From Octopus sinensis (Eukaryota): a stretch of 64,000 bases of DNA. This document shows, piece after piece, positions 13,619-26,366 of this stretch. A model generated the notes under the pieces. The model had not been told where the DNA came from and searched no databases. It was given only the letters and a program-made list of their open reading frames with translations. The translations under genes were made by a program, and so were the position numbers. The stretch lies in NCBI RefSeq assembly GCF_006345805.1, contig NC_043001.1, positions 66,774,001 to 66,838,000 on the forward strand, written 5' to 3'. How positions within the stretch are numbered: position 1 is the stretch's first letter; every line of letters starts with the position of its first letter.

Positions 13619-13948
13619 TGGCTTCTGTGCCGGGGGCACATAAAAAGCACCATCCGAACGTGGCCGATGCCAGCACCGCCTTGACTGGCTTCTGTGCCGG
13701 TGGCACATAAAAAAGCACCAACCGATTGTGGCTGATGCCAGACCCCTCTGGCACCTGTGCAGGTGGCACGTAAAAAGCACCCACTACACTCGCGGAGTGG
13801 TTGGCGTTAGGAAGGGCATCCAGCTGTAGAAACACTGCCAGATCAGACTGGAGCCTGGGGCAGCCCCTGGCTCCCCAGACCCCAGTTGAACTGTCCAACC
13901 CATGCTAGCGCGGAAAACGGACGTTAAACGATGATGATGATGATGATG
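13619..13948 (+). mobile_element. 5'-truncated RTE 3'-UTR/tail insertion nested in the MULE
   Basis: Three GTGCCGGTGGCACRTAAAAAGCAC units, then GGTTGGCGTTAGGAAGGGCATCCAGCTGTAG...GGACGTTAAAC(GAT)n, as in the RTE copies at 34050-34492 and 37945-38312. Confidence 0.85.
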
Positions 13949-14729
13949 AAGTGCATGTGTGTGTGTGTGAAAGGTGACGTCTGTCTCCAAAACTCCAAAG
14001 TTGAGTAACATTTTCATGCTTGGATTTTTAAACTACGATAAGAATAACACTGATCAACAAAGAATTTGTCCCAAAGAGAAGAATACCTATATCTTAAACG
14101 TTTTTGCATGCAGAATTCAAAAATAATGTCAAATTATCTGTATCACCCACAGTTTCTCTGTTCCATGATATCCTTCTCAGTTCCTGTTATGTGGACTAAA
14201 TTTCAGTTAAGCTGTTGAAATGTAAAGCTAGCAGTTTAAGAGATACTGCTAGTTTGAATTTCTATGAATAGAATTAACCTAGTGAAATCATAAATCTAGC
14301 CATGTGAGTCAATGAGTCCCAATGATATAGGAAATGAAAAATATGTAAGAATACTATCACACTGAAAAATACTAACACACAAAGAGAAAATTATGTAATA
14401 TACTAATGTAGAAAAATTAAAACAAAATATGCGGGTGAAAAGAATCTCGTGGTGTGAAGAATCAAGTGTGAAAAATCAACATAGACAACAGCGGTACAGA
14501 CAACAGTGAACCACAACACAGCATGCGGTTGTTATGGTAACAAGTTGCTAATGTTACACTGTCTGTTGATTGGCTAAAATTACCCACATTTCCCAACTTT
14601 AATTCCAAATAACATCAAATTCTTTAATTTACAAGATAAAGTAATTGGTTGATTGTAATCAAAATTCAGAGTTGTATCGATAAACCAAAATTGAAAGCAG
14701 TCTGAGCAAAATTAAGGGTGGTGGTGCTT

Positions 14730-15830
14730 ATTTTGTGAATGAGAAAGACTAGATCTTTAATTCCTACTGCTGTACAAAATCTCAATGAGGAAACAAAATC
14801 ATGGTTGCAAACCATCTCTGGACTTTCACATAACGTAGATAACTAGAGCAGGACTTTCACGTAACATAGATAACTAGATCAGGGATTCCAGCACGTCGAA
14901 TTTGTATGTCAGGGTTTGAAATTCCTGATACAGTTAAATATTTAGAAGATGGGTCCTTGTTTTTGGTCTTTGACTGTGGCATTGATGATCCAGACAGAAT
15001 TTTAGTTTTTGACTCAGAAAAAGGCTTGGATGATGTAGAAAGCTCTAAGAATTGGGCCTGTTATGGCACTTTCAATGTATCTCCTAGTTCGTGGAGTCAG
15101 TTAGTGACACTATACATCATCACTGGAAGTTCTTGTCTGCCCCAACTATTTGCCTTCCCAACAGAAAAGAAGCCTCATATCATCATCTTCTGTCTTCTGT
15201 GCGTGATTTAAGACCAAATTGTCAACCTGTATGTAACCTGTCTCATGGACTTTGAAAAAGCTCTCGATAATGTATTTGATTCTCCATTTCCGTATTCAGA
15301 AGTAGTTGCGTGTGTTTTTCATCTCGGACAGTCTTGTTGGCAGAAGATATGTGCACTTGGTGAGAGTATGAGATACAACACAGATGAAAGTTTTCAGCTT
15401 AAAATTAAGTGCTTTTGTGCTTTAGCATTTTTACCATTTGAAGACGTTGTCAATGTATTTGAAGATTTGTCTGATGATGAAGACATCCATTCTGAGTTTT
15501 TCAGCTATTAAGAGATTGGGATTGTAAGGGGTTGCGATTCTCGTCAGCAAAGAGAAATCCCACATTTTCCTATACAACTCTGGAATGTAAGTGATCGCAT
15601 CCTAAAGGACTTACCAAGATCAAATAATTCTTTAGAAGGGTTCAACAATGCCTTGTGCTCATCACTAACATCCACACATCCAAATTTGTGGAAACTATGT
15701 ACTTCCCTTAAAGCTGAGGAAGGATTAAGCCAGACAAAAATTGCACACATTCGACAGAAGACCTATCAAATTATTGATGTACGACTAAAGAAGCTAATTC
15801 AGGAATATCAAAATGTAAACTCTCTCCTAT
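14730..15830 (+). pseudogene. MULE transposase pseudogene
   Basis: Motifs WACYGTFNVSP..SQLVTL (DGTF with D changed to Y), MDFEKAL..FP....ACVFHLGQ, ALAFLP, LWN..PRSNNSLEGFNN and HPNLWKL, interrupted by stops and frameshifts. Confidence 0.88.
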
Positions 15831-17410
15831 TTGTATTGCACACAATTTGTCCTAAGAAATTTTCTTTTAATAAATTAAACTTTCCTATCCTAACTCTGCT
15901 TCACAATGTACTCGCTGTTATTTTTTATCCTATTGTTATAATAAAATGTGTACTAAAATTTAATCTTTTCTTTCTTTATCTCAAATTATATTATTTTTGA
16001 AATTGTGTGATGAGTCTTTTTCATAGATTCTTGCTTGATGGGAATACATTAAAATGATCCCATCTCAATTCAAGTGGATTATAAAGGTTATTTTCTATCT
16101 CACCTTCAGACACATTCTCTCTCTCTCTCTCTTCGGTTTGTCTCTCACTCTCTCTGTCTCTCTCTCCTTAAGACTTGAAAGACAGATTAAATAACATAGG
16201 TATTGACTCACGGTCTAGAGAAACTGACCACGGTGATTATTAGCGCGAGCAGCTTATACTGGGAGTCTGTCCATGAGTGGAATATACCGCGGTGGAATAT
16301 ACCGCGGTGGAATTTACCTATGGTGAAATTTACCTGGTGGAATTTTCCGTGGTGGAATTACCGCGGTGGAATTTACCTAGAACCTTATGTTAGAAGGGGA
16401 GTAACTATGTTTTACTCAATGAAAAATTATTGAATTATCTCCCATGTGCGTAGTCGCCCACTTTTTTTTAAATCGAAAATCTGGTTTTGGGTACATTTTA
16501 TTTTAAAAACGCGTGCATTAATTTAAAATTTTAATTTCAGATTTAATCTTCTGATTAAAAAAAAAATTAAGTTGCTAAATAAATCTTACTCAAAATATTT
16601 TCATAAACTTTCAAGTTGTGTTATTTGAAGGCTACAACAAAGTAAGGCTTTTATTGTTTATACTCTTTACTCTTTTACTTATATTGGAGTAAACTTAAAC
16701 TTTCTTTCAAAAATATTATCAACGTCTCTATAAATTGTTAAAGATGATGCTATAGTGTGGCAATATCGTGATATATCGTGTGGTAATATCGTGATATGAA
16801 AATTAGATTGTTTGTTTTGTTTTATTTTTTCATATAAATTAATTTTTCAAAATACTAATAATATTTTTCACCTAGGTTTTATCTTTAGAATCTAAACTAT
16901 AAGTTTTTCCTTATTTTTTTCACGTAAGAAATTCTAGTAATACAATTCCCAAAAAATTTTTAAAACTTTTTTTATTACAAATTAATGCAGTGAAGAGGGT
17001 CAGTACATCCTGCAATGGTCCTTGTACACAAGTGAGATTGATGTAGCTAAAGGTTACTTGGTCAGTGTCTTTCACACTTGTTACATTGATCAGACTGACG
17101 TTATTTTTGTATATCAGCTGATGACCATCTGTAGTAACAAGACTTAAGAGGAGAGGAAACGTTTGCAACACAGTGAAGGCTACTACAGACAGCCAAGGAT
17201 CTGTACATGTTTATTCAATTAAAATGCATCCAAAACTAGTGAGTGGAGAAGGATTTGGCCATGTGTTAAGGAACAGTTTATGAATGGATTAAATTTGCAC
17301 AATTAAAAAGGATTCTTCCTCATCATCATCATAACCTTCATTAATCTCATTATTAATTGACTTAATCATTGTTTCTTTACACTGTTGCGTGAAATGAACT
17401 GATGTCTCCC

Positions 17411-17633
17411 TTAACCTTCTGGCAGTTAAACAAGCCATACCTGGCCAGAATATTCTACCTGTTTTATGTTCAAACTGGCCAGATCTAGCCTCTCACACCC
17501 TATCTTACAAAGTCAGTCTAAAGTTAAACAGTCACAAAATCTTGAAGCTACAAAATATTGTGTGAATAAGTCCGAACAATGTGAGTAATTAAGCATTGCA
17601 TTTGACAGACTAATCTGAATGCTAAAGGGTAAA
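17411..17633. mobile_element. Possible piggyBac-type MITE
   Basis: Degenerate ends ttaaccttctggca and aatgctaaagggtaaa. The internal aaactggccagatct.gc.tctcacacc is shared with a truncated copy at about 56119 that begins ttaacccattagcatt. Confidence 0.45.
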
Positions 17634-17782
17634 ATCTCTGTCGGTGACCTGATCTTGTGACTCTTTCTTGTGTCAGTTGTTTATAAAATTGCAAAACCCA
17701 ATCTAAATAACATAAAATAATGAAATGAATATTTTTCTCTGTGTCTGGAATTAATTGGAATTTCTGTTGTGTATTTCTTTAG

Positions 17783-17965
17783 GTATCACCAAAATTGGAA
17801 CCAGTGATGCTACCACTCTTCAAGATATTGTCATACAGGGGACTGGAGTTGAAAGTGAACATTGCTTCATTGAAAACAAAAACAATATCATCACATTATA
17901 CCCTATTGCAAAAATGTGTGCCCTGGATGGTGTCATTATTACCAAACCAACAAGGCTGGCTCAAG
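17783..17965 (+). CDS. PHLDB1: Coding exon B of the PHLDB-like gene, FHA domain core
   Basis: Acceptor gtatttctttag, 183 nt, donor gttaat (phase 1 to 1), in frame with exon A. Translation (G)ITKIGTSDATTLQDIVIQGTGVESEHCFIENKNNIITLYPIAKMCALDGVIITKPTRLAQ(G) is a kinesin-3/PHLDB1-type FHA. Confidence 0.92.
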
Positions 17966-18789
17966 GTTAATTTAATTTAATATATTTTGTCAGAGTTCTC
18001 ATTAACTGGAGTGTAAACCAATGTTTTTAGTTTGATTCCTATCATTGAACTCATTTTAGCTGTTTCATACTGAAATATTTGGTATTTACAAACTGATCTA
18101 TCATTACCTTTCACATCAATCACATCCCCTACACCAGTAACATCATTTTACATCATTCTGCTAACTTCATCAGAAATTTTGTCTTTCTGTGAGAGAGGAC
18201 ACAGAAGTAGCAGAGACTACAGAGATCAGAGAAACATAAGTGATTTCAGGAGACTATAGAAACCTCAATGTCTATAGATCAGTAACCATAGAGATAAATT
18301 AGAGATATATCAGTAACTATACAGCTTGATGACAGATATATCAGTGACTGTAGATATTGATCAGGACTGTTTTCGTTGTAGACAACAACAGCAACATCAG
18401 CGACAACTATATCTCATCCTCTCTTTACATCACTCTGAACCACTCTACTTGTTTTCTCTCTAGTCACTAATAACATCCATACTAACCCCTCTCAGTTACA
18501 CTGTCCTTCAGCCTATATCTTAAAAGCAATTATGGCCATTACTTCTCCTATTCAAATTAGTACAGGTGTCATTATCATACAGTGTCATCTGTAAAAAGTG
18601 TGTTTTACCTTGATATTGTTTAGCTCCAGGTCAGTTCTGATTGAGCAAAAAAACCTTGTTCAAAGATATACTCGTTATGACTGTCCCGTCTTTCACATAG
18701 TGTATCTAGGAATAAATTATCCAATGTAACCTTCCATTTTTAAGACACAAGGCAAGATTTGAGGAATATTTGGCAGTTCCTCTCCATCT

Positions 18790-18960
18790 TCCTCCCATTA
18801 TCCATATTGATTCCCTCTCCACTTAGGGGCCTCACTAATCAGTACGCCCAATCCTTCTTTCTCAGAACATCTCCCCTCTGGGACTTCCTCCCTGCCTTTG
18901 TTATTTTTTCAGCCTTGTGTCAGTCTCTCCAGACCCAAAACTTTTTTTCACACTCAGACA
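18790..18960 (+). mobile_element. CR1/L2-type LINE C-terminal fragment
   Basis: Translation TNQYAQSFFLRTSPLWDFLPAFV resembles the CR1/L2 terminal motif SFFPRTSRLWNSLP. Confidence 0.55.
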
Positions 18961-19399
18961 TGCTGAAGCATGGAACAAACTATCAGCACCAGTTGTTAGT
19001 TGCCGAAACATTGCATCCTTTAAAATTTCCATGCTTCCTGAAATTTTCCAACACTACACCTGATATCCCCCAGAGCTCCATATGCATGCACACATGTATA
19101 TCATGACTCATATATTCTTCACTTTCCTGACTTATGTACATAATTCTAAATACTATACATGCACCTTTGATGAGAAGTAGTGCACCTGAGCAATATACAC
19201 ATTAATTTCATTACTATTATTGTTAAAATGATTGAATGGTCATGGCTGGAATGCCTTTGATCATAGGTTTGCTCAATCATGGCTGACTTAGGGCTAACCG
19301 ACAACAATAATCTGTCTATAAGGGATCCACTAGGCAGTTAACTGACCTTTTAATTTTTATTGTTTGGTTTAGTGGGAAGGGTTGTATCTATGGAGTCAC

Positions 19400-20190
19400 A
19401 GCATGTCTGAGTGTGAACAAAAGTTTCTGAAAGTCATGGGAGTTGTGCTGTTTTCTGACTTTGTAGGCATGCCCACATGTGTTAGACTCATGGAGCTCAA
19501 AAACAGGCTCAAGGTTAATAATTTTATGGGTGTTTACCAAGTCAGTTGCCAGATGTCAGAGCTTCAATGTATCTATGCCTAGGAAAGCAAGGCGTTCGGA
19601 GTATGGTAGATGCCTGATGGAGGGTATTCGCTAGGTTGCACATCTCTGAACAGTTTCCAGGAGGTCAATGTCCAGAGCAAGATAGGGGTTTGAGACTGGT
19701 GATGCAAATTCCAAATGTGGCCACACCATAGTCATATACAACCTTAAAAAGATAGCTGGAGAGCAGCTGACAAAAGTCTTGCTGAGTGATGCCAATACAC
19801 CCTCAGCCTACTTGATAATTTTAGAGATGTGCTTTGTCCCGTGCAAATTACTGCTGACAGTAATGCCCAGGTCAAGTTCACAAGAAGACTTCTTGATATT
19901 AGTGTTGTGGACAGAGTGTGTGAACACTGGGTTTTTCTTCCTAAAATGCATGGTGATACACTTGTCCACAGCCAGCTTGAGTTGCCAGTCTGTGATCCAT
20001 TGTTGCATTGTATCCAGGTCTGATTTCAGAAAAGATCTATAGTGTTCAGGATCTGTGTACAGCTTCATGTCATCTGCATATTTCAGCACTGTGGCATTCT
20101 TTAAGTTGGCATCTATGTCATTAATGAATGTAACAAACAAAAAGGGACCAAGAACAGATCCCAAGTATGTAAAAGCTGCTTTCTCCAATG
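19400..20190 (-). mobile_element. CR1/L2-group LINE reverse transcriptase fragment
   Basis: GSVLGPFLFVTFINDI...LKYADDMKLY...WQLKLAVDKC...DLGITVSSNL..KHISKI, continuing to LYMTMVWPHLEFASPV. Confidence 0.88.
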
Positions 20191-21519
20191 TAACTGTACT
20201 TGAGACTGTAGGATATAGTTTGAGGTAATTTCTGCCATTTCTAGTGGTTTCCTTGTTTGCCATTTGTTGAATGAAGAGACTCCATGTACCTTACAAATGT
20301 GATCATTTTAACTGTCTTCACTCATTACTATCATTATGTCTTCCCCCTGTATCTCCATTCTTATATTGCAGCAAGTTTCTCTACACCCTCCCCTACATCT
20401 ATTCTGTTTCCTCCTCCTCTTCCTCGTTGCTAACATACTCCAGCACTATTTGTTACCCTCTGCTAAACAACTGCCGCCCTACCATAATAACCCCCCAAAA
20501 TCTTAATCTTGCATAATTAACAAGTTAATTAATTCAAGACAACAGTTGTTCTTATTAAACTAGATTAATATCATGCCTCCCACTAAATGTTACTGTAATG
20601 TTGGCTACTGTTGTTATTGTTGCTGTTGTTGTTATTGCTACTACTGCTGTTGTGGCTGTTGGTGATGATTATCATGTTTGGCTCACTTTCTGCCATCAAC
20701 TTCTGTTCCAGACAGGTTTATTTCTCCCAGTGCTTCTATCAGCATATATTTAACATCTCACCCACAAGTTAAAGCTCTCCTCCACCACAACTTTAACCCA
20801 CCCCCACCACTGATTAAGCTATCTTTTATTACTAGTTACAATCTACCTCCTTCCTCACATTAGTTATATCTGTACTTCCTCCCACTTTACTAGTTAAACC
20901 CTACTCCTTTTCATTTGTATTAACCTTACTTCCTACCACCTTTAGTTATAAACACCTGCCTTATTCCATCTGTTTAAACACAATATTAAATTTCTTTCTT
21001 AAATTTATTTTTCTAGAATTTTAGTTGAATATTTTTTTTTACATTGTTTATTGTCTACTTAGTTTCTCAATAAATTTTTGTGAAATTCTCTTGTGAATAA
21101 CCATTCTTGGGAAAGAATGCAACCATGTGTTTCAGACAAATAATGTTTCTGACACTGGAATTTACACCTGCCTTTTTTGTGATCTTTCTTTCATCTGTGT
21201 GTGTTAATGAGGTGCATTATATATGGATAGATGACATTTAGTGAATTTGGAATTGTCTGGAATATCAAAAAGAAAAGTTGTGTCTACTCAGTCATAAGGT
21301 TTCCTCTTCATTTTCTGGTTGTTGATATATTTGGATAGACATTGTACTAATCCAGTTTGAACTTGGTTCTCAAAATGGCCCTTATTGAACTGATCTATGA
21401 TCAAAGCCTGTTTCTATTTATCTCATATCATATCAAATCACTTCATACAATTATTAATTTAACTTTACATTAAAAATATTAACAGTTAATTAATTAATTA
21501 ATAATAATAATAATAATAA

Positions 21520-22125
21520 TAATCCTTTTTACTATAGGCACAAGGTCTAAAATTTTGGGGAAAGGGAAAGTCAATTTCAGTGACCCCAATACTTAACTGG
21601 TACTTATTTTATTGACCCTGAAAGGATGAAAGGCAAAGTCAACCTTAGCAGAATTTTAAATGAGGATGTGAAGACAGACAAAATGCTACTAAACATTTCA
21701 CCCAGCTTGCTGCCTTAATAGTAATAATGAGTTCAAATTTTGCCACAAGGCAGCTATTTTGGGGGAGAGGGCTAGTCAATTACATCAATCCCAGTGTTTC
21801 TCTGGTACTTAATTTATCGACCCAGAAAGGATAAACGGCAAAGTCAACCTTGGTGGCATTTGACTCAGAACATGAAGACAGACAAAATAAATAATAATAA
21901 TAATAACAAATAAAATCAACAATAATAGTATTAATAGGTTCAAATTTTGGCATAAAGCCAGCAATTTTTGAGGAAGGGTTAAGTTGATGACATTGACACC
22001 AGTGTTTAAATGGTACTTCTTTTATTGACCCCCGAAGGATGAAAGATAAAGTTGGTGAAATTTGAACTCTGAACGTAAAGATGGATGAAATGCCACTAAA
22101 CATTTTGCCCAGCACAGTAACAGTC
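21520..22125 (-). mobile_element. Head-to-tail array of three family-2 SINEs
   Basis: Reverse complements of the family-2 unit at about 21520-21716, 21728-21890 and 21935-22125, separated by (AAT)n. Confidence 0.85.
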
Positions 22126-24872
22126 ATTAATAATAATAATAATAAAAGAAACAAAGCTTGTAGAGATGAACAAAGCAAACCGTGATAAAAACAAGGGAAG
22201 AAGTAAAGTGGACAGTAACACGGCTCACTTTGACCTGACTTAACTAGAGTTTTCATCTCTACATGGCTGGGTTACTTGGTTTTTCCTGTTCTTTAAAATT
22301 ATACTTTTATATTTTAATTATTGTGTTTTTGCCTAATCATTTTTAATATGTTCACACATGTGCACATACAGTACAATGTGCTAGAAGCTAGGCTGGCTCT
22401 AGCTCATGCTACTGTCCACTTGCCATTCACTGTATTGGAAACATGTCTCAGAAGCTAAGTCTGGTCACAGCACAACACATTTTCTCCTGACATTCATTAT
22501 ATTCTGGAATATGGACACCTGTAATCAGTTTTTTGGCTGACTACTTATTGAAGAACCTGACATTTGGCAGGAATAGACCTATGACTGTGTGTTGACCATC
22601 AGTGTAGTTGCTATCAAAAATCATTCTGTCTTGAAGGCATTTCAGGTACTATCATCCAACTTACACCCCATCAACATGTACAAGTCAAACATCAAAATAC
22701 ACAGTCCATGGTTTTCCTATTGAGTTACAGTGGGTCAGGTTTCTTTTCCAGTATCCTACATGTCTTCTATCTTCACTCGTCCTTCTTTTCTCTCTTTTTC
22801 TTTTCCTACCCTTCTTATCCATCTGTTACTAATCTCCATATTCTTGTAAGAAAATAGGCTGGGATGGTACCACTGGGAGATGGGCCTTCTGCTTCATCTA
22901 CTTCCAGGTTCAAGAACAAGACAATCTCTACCTCCATTTCTTTGGCTCTGACATGCTGTTGTTGGAACAGCAGCCTCCAATTCTTGCTGCTGCTGCTGCT
23001 GCTGCTGTTGTTGTTAATCCCCCTTTTGTCTACCACATTCTATTTTTCTCAACCTTTCTTTTCTCATGACAAAAACCCTTCATATGTCTTTGACTGCCAC
23101 AAGTGCAATAGCTTTTTGTTCTGCATGGCCAATATCATTGCCCCTTTTTTTATCACAAAGAGCTACAGCTCTGGAATAGTTCTGTAGTTTTCAGAGGTGG
23201 TCATTAAAATTTAAAAGTCTATACTTGACCCCTCATGATTACATTTTATGTCACTTCTACACTCACAACTGGCCCATATTGTGCTACAAAGGTGACAAGT
23301 CAGAGGGTCAGTGTTATCGCTAATACCTTTAACTCTCATCCAGGTATTATGCTGAAAAATTCCTCAAGTAGGGAGACATACTCTTTTGTAATATACCTAC
23401 CACTGCCAAACTACTTTCTCCAACTGGATTCTACTTACGTCTAAAAATTGCCTCCATGTAGCGGTAATGTTGGCAAAACTTCTGCCACTAACATTTTCAC
23501 TTGTGTGAGTGTTGTTGTAAATGCCAAAAGTATTGCTGCTATGTCTGTTATTAAGGAGAGAGACATGTAAACACGTCTAAAGAAATATCATTATCTCCAT
23601 CAAAGAATGTGTTTTCTGCTGCAAAATATCTTGGTTTATTTTCTCTTTTGTTCCTACTTTGGTTCAGTTGTGTCTTTGTCTTCTTTAAATAGGGTGTTGT
23701 CTACATTTCTTGTCATCATTTTAGTTTTAATGTCAATAAATTTGTTTAAAATATCTTAAAATGACCAACTTTAGTTCTGTTTGAGTATAAGAGTGACATC
23801 TAGAAACAGTCCAGAAGGGTTTTTGAAGGAAATATCTGAAAAAAGAACTGGTTTTTCCATCTTATAATTTTTAAAAGAAACAAATTTTTATGAAGCAACA
23901 AGTTACATGTCTTTACTCATCAGATGCATATAATAATAATACTAATTCTTTCTAATTTAGGCACAAGGCCAGAAATTTGTGGGGAGTAGGTACTGTAAAA
24001 TTTTTTGGTGTGACATGCTACCATTTCTGCTATGCTCTACCCTTAATGTGATAATGAAGCATTTGGAATGTGAATTTATAAAATTACAGTATGGGAATTA
24101 CTAAAATAAGTAAAAGCATTATATACTTAGGCATAAACACATACACATACATAATCATACACATTAGATGTTTGCACATATATACACAAATATTCACTCA
24201 AACACATATCTACACACTTATAGATTATTCTGTTTGAGGAACCAAGCCAAATTATGTAGGAAAGGTTATTTAGTAAATCAAATCAAGCCCAACAATATAA
24301 GTGGTATTTATTTCATTGGAAGTTATTTAAGAATGCTTCATATCTTGTTTATCAGTGTTGGAAAAAGTTACTAGGTATGAGGTATGATATGGAACAATTC
24401 ACCACACAAATACAGTCATTCCCCTACTCCCTGTAGAGAGTAGCACACATTCTGTATCATAGATAGGCATGTCTTACTATTTTGTCATGCTCAGCTCAAA
24501 TCTTCTCACAGGTTTTTCAGAAACCCTTCAAGTGTTTCTGTCACAGAATAGCTATATAAAAATAGGGTGATAGGTGGTTTACTACAAGATTTTATTTCAG
24601 GTAATGTGTGGGGAATCTGTGGTTCAGAGAATAAATTATTAATTTCTTAATCTTATGTATGTTAATTCATATTTATGATTCATTACTAATTATTAAATCA
24701 AATTCGTATTTTCTGTTGTTAGGTCATAGCTGTGTAGAGAAATATTGGTTACTTCTGTGACTATTATTGTGATGTACAGTCAGTTCTGTCATAAAAATAT
24801 GTTATGACAGTTGCAATGATTCAATAAAAGTTGTGTCATAACTTCTGCTACTATGTCTCTTATTAATGATAG

Positions 24873-25249
24873 AGACATGGCTGCTTGGTAAGAATTTTGT
24901 TCCTAACTACATGGTTTCAGGTTCAGCCCCACTGTGTAGTACCTTGTCTTCTACTACAGCTGATGCCAACCAAAGCCTTGTGAATGGATTTGGTAGTCAG
25001 AAACTGAAAGTAGTGCACACATGCATGCGTGTGTGTGCGTGCGCACATAGACACACGCATGTTTGGCTTTGCCTTTGCCTGCCACCACTGCTTGACAACT
25101 GGTGTTGGTTTGTTTACATCCCTCTTACAGTTTGGCAAAAGAGAGCAATAGACTAAGTAGCAGGCTTTACAAATACATAAGTACTGTGATTGATCAGTTT
25201 TACTAAATTCTTCAAGGTAGTGCTCCAGTGTGACTGAAACAAATAAAAG
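24873..25249 (+). mobile_element. tRNA-derived SINE, family 1
   Basis: Head catggctgcttggtaag...ggttcagcccc; body ccaaagccttgtgaatggatttggtag; tail gactgaaacaaataaaag. Confidence 0.8.
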
Positions 25250-25255
25250 TTAATG

Positions 25256-25610
25256 TTGGGCCTCACAGAGGCAGTGACCAAGACCTTTGGCATTATGTCA
25301 TGCTTGAGAAGACCCATCAAGCTGAGCAAAATCGCAGTCATGGCAGATACCGGTGTCACGCAAATTGACACCTGTTCCAGTGGCATGTAAATGCACCCCA
25401 GTGTCACACCAATGGCACCCATGCCGGTGGCACATAAAGGCATCTATTACATTCTCGGAGTGGTTGGTGTTAGGAAGGGCATCTAGCCATAGAAAACCAT
25501 GCAAAATCAGACTGGAGTCTGGTGCAGCCTTCCAGTCTGCTAGCCCAGCCAAACTGTTCAACCCATGCCAGCATGGACAATGGACTTTAAATGATGATGA
25601 TGATGATAAT
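25256..25610 (+). mobile_element. 5'-truncated RTE 3' end
   Basis: LGLTEA-like ORF end, two to three degenerate hairpin units, shared tail module and (GAT)n. Confidence 0.8.
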
Positions 25611-26071
25611 GTTGGCATTATCACAATATCTCAGCTGTTGTGACTAATGTTATAATCCAGTATAAGTTACAACACAATCTTTGTTATCATACCAGTTGAA
25701 ATGTACACGTCATTGTCTCTGTTACTATAGAAACTGAAAGGTCCAATGATATGTCTTAACTCTTGCATGTGATTTGAAATGATCTGGTATTAATTGAATC
25801 ATTGAGCAATGTCAATAGCATCATAGCCCCTTAGAAATATGCCTCTTAAGGTATAATATCTAGCATAATCATGATCTCTACTAATATAATCAGTCATAAT
25901 CTCCATTAATATAATCAGTTCTACTATTCAGACATTGAGTGTGATATTGGTTGCCTTTCGTTTTCTTAAAACAGTAGGTTTGATTTGAGGGCAATTTGAT
26001 TGCTATTTCTTGTTGCTCAAGTAACTATGTAGAAATACCATTGTGTATATCCTTACTTTTTTTTTTATGAC

Positions 26072-26340
26072 AGTTGGCCTAGTGGTTAAGCGTGTTGCAC
26101 TCACAATTGCAAGATCATGGTTTCAATTCCTGGACTGGGTGGTGTGTTGTGTTCTTGAGCAAAACACTTAATCTCACGTTGCTCTGCGATCACTTCAACA
26201 CCTGATGTGTAGTACACTGCACTTGTTCAGACAATGCTGATTTAATGGAGGTAGTGAGCTAATGTACAACACATACATTTGATTACTATAAACAAACCAT
26301 TTGTGCAAGTTGTTTGACAAGAGGCTTAACACTCATACGT
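26072..26340 (+). mobile_element. tRNA-derived SINE
   Basis: A box tggcctagtgg, B box ggtttcaattcc and CORE-like gtgttcttgagcaaaacactt. Confidence 0.65.
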
Positions 26341-26366
26341 TGTCTTTGATGGGAGAGTCCATCACT

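Larger units (their letters stand above)
13417..16384 (+). mobile_element. Mutator-like (MULE) DNA transposon, defective
   Basis: Inverted termini GGTAACTGGTAAATTCCACC (13417) and GGTGGAATTTACCTAGAACC (16384), each followed inward by 15-bp subrepeats. Internal MULE transposase remnants are present. No TSD was found. Confidence 0.85.

Noticed and set aside
13506-14017. Overlapping ORFs with FYVPPA repeats (also at 34143-34477 and 37833-38265)
   Set aside because: They are antisense translations of the repeated RTE 3' UTR unit.
13405-16395. Target-site duplication for the MULE
   Set aside because: The flanks agtcgaaat and ttatgttag do not match at 8-10 bp.
16755-16798. 23-bp tandem duplication (gtgtggYaatatcgtgatat)
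   Set aside because: An ordinary short duplication with no further structure.
9099-17965. Kinesin-3 (KIF13/KIF16) assignment for the FHA exons
   Set aside because: The preceding KPHLVSLGSGRLSTAVTLL and the following MLCLG...FRFNHP.EAK context match PHLDB1, and no motor-domain exons are present.
23230-23460. Possible RT fragment on the - strand (GILQKSMSP...YLDE)
   Set aside because: Motif spacing and similarity are too weak to call.
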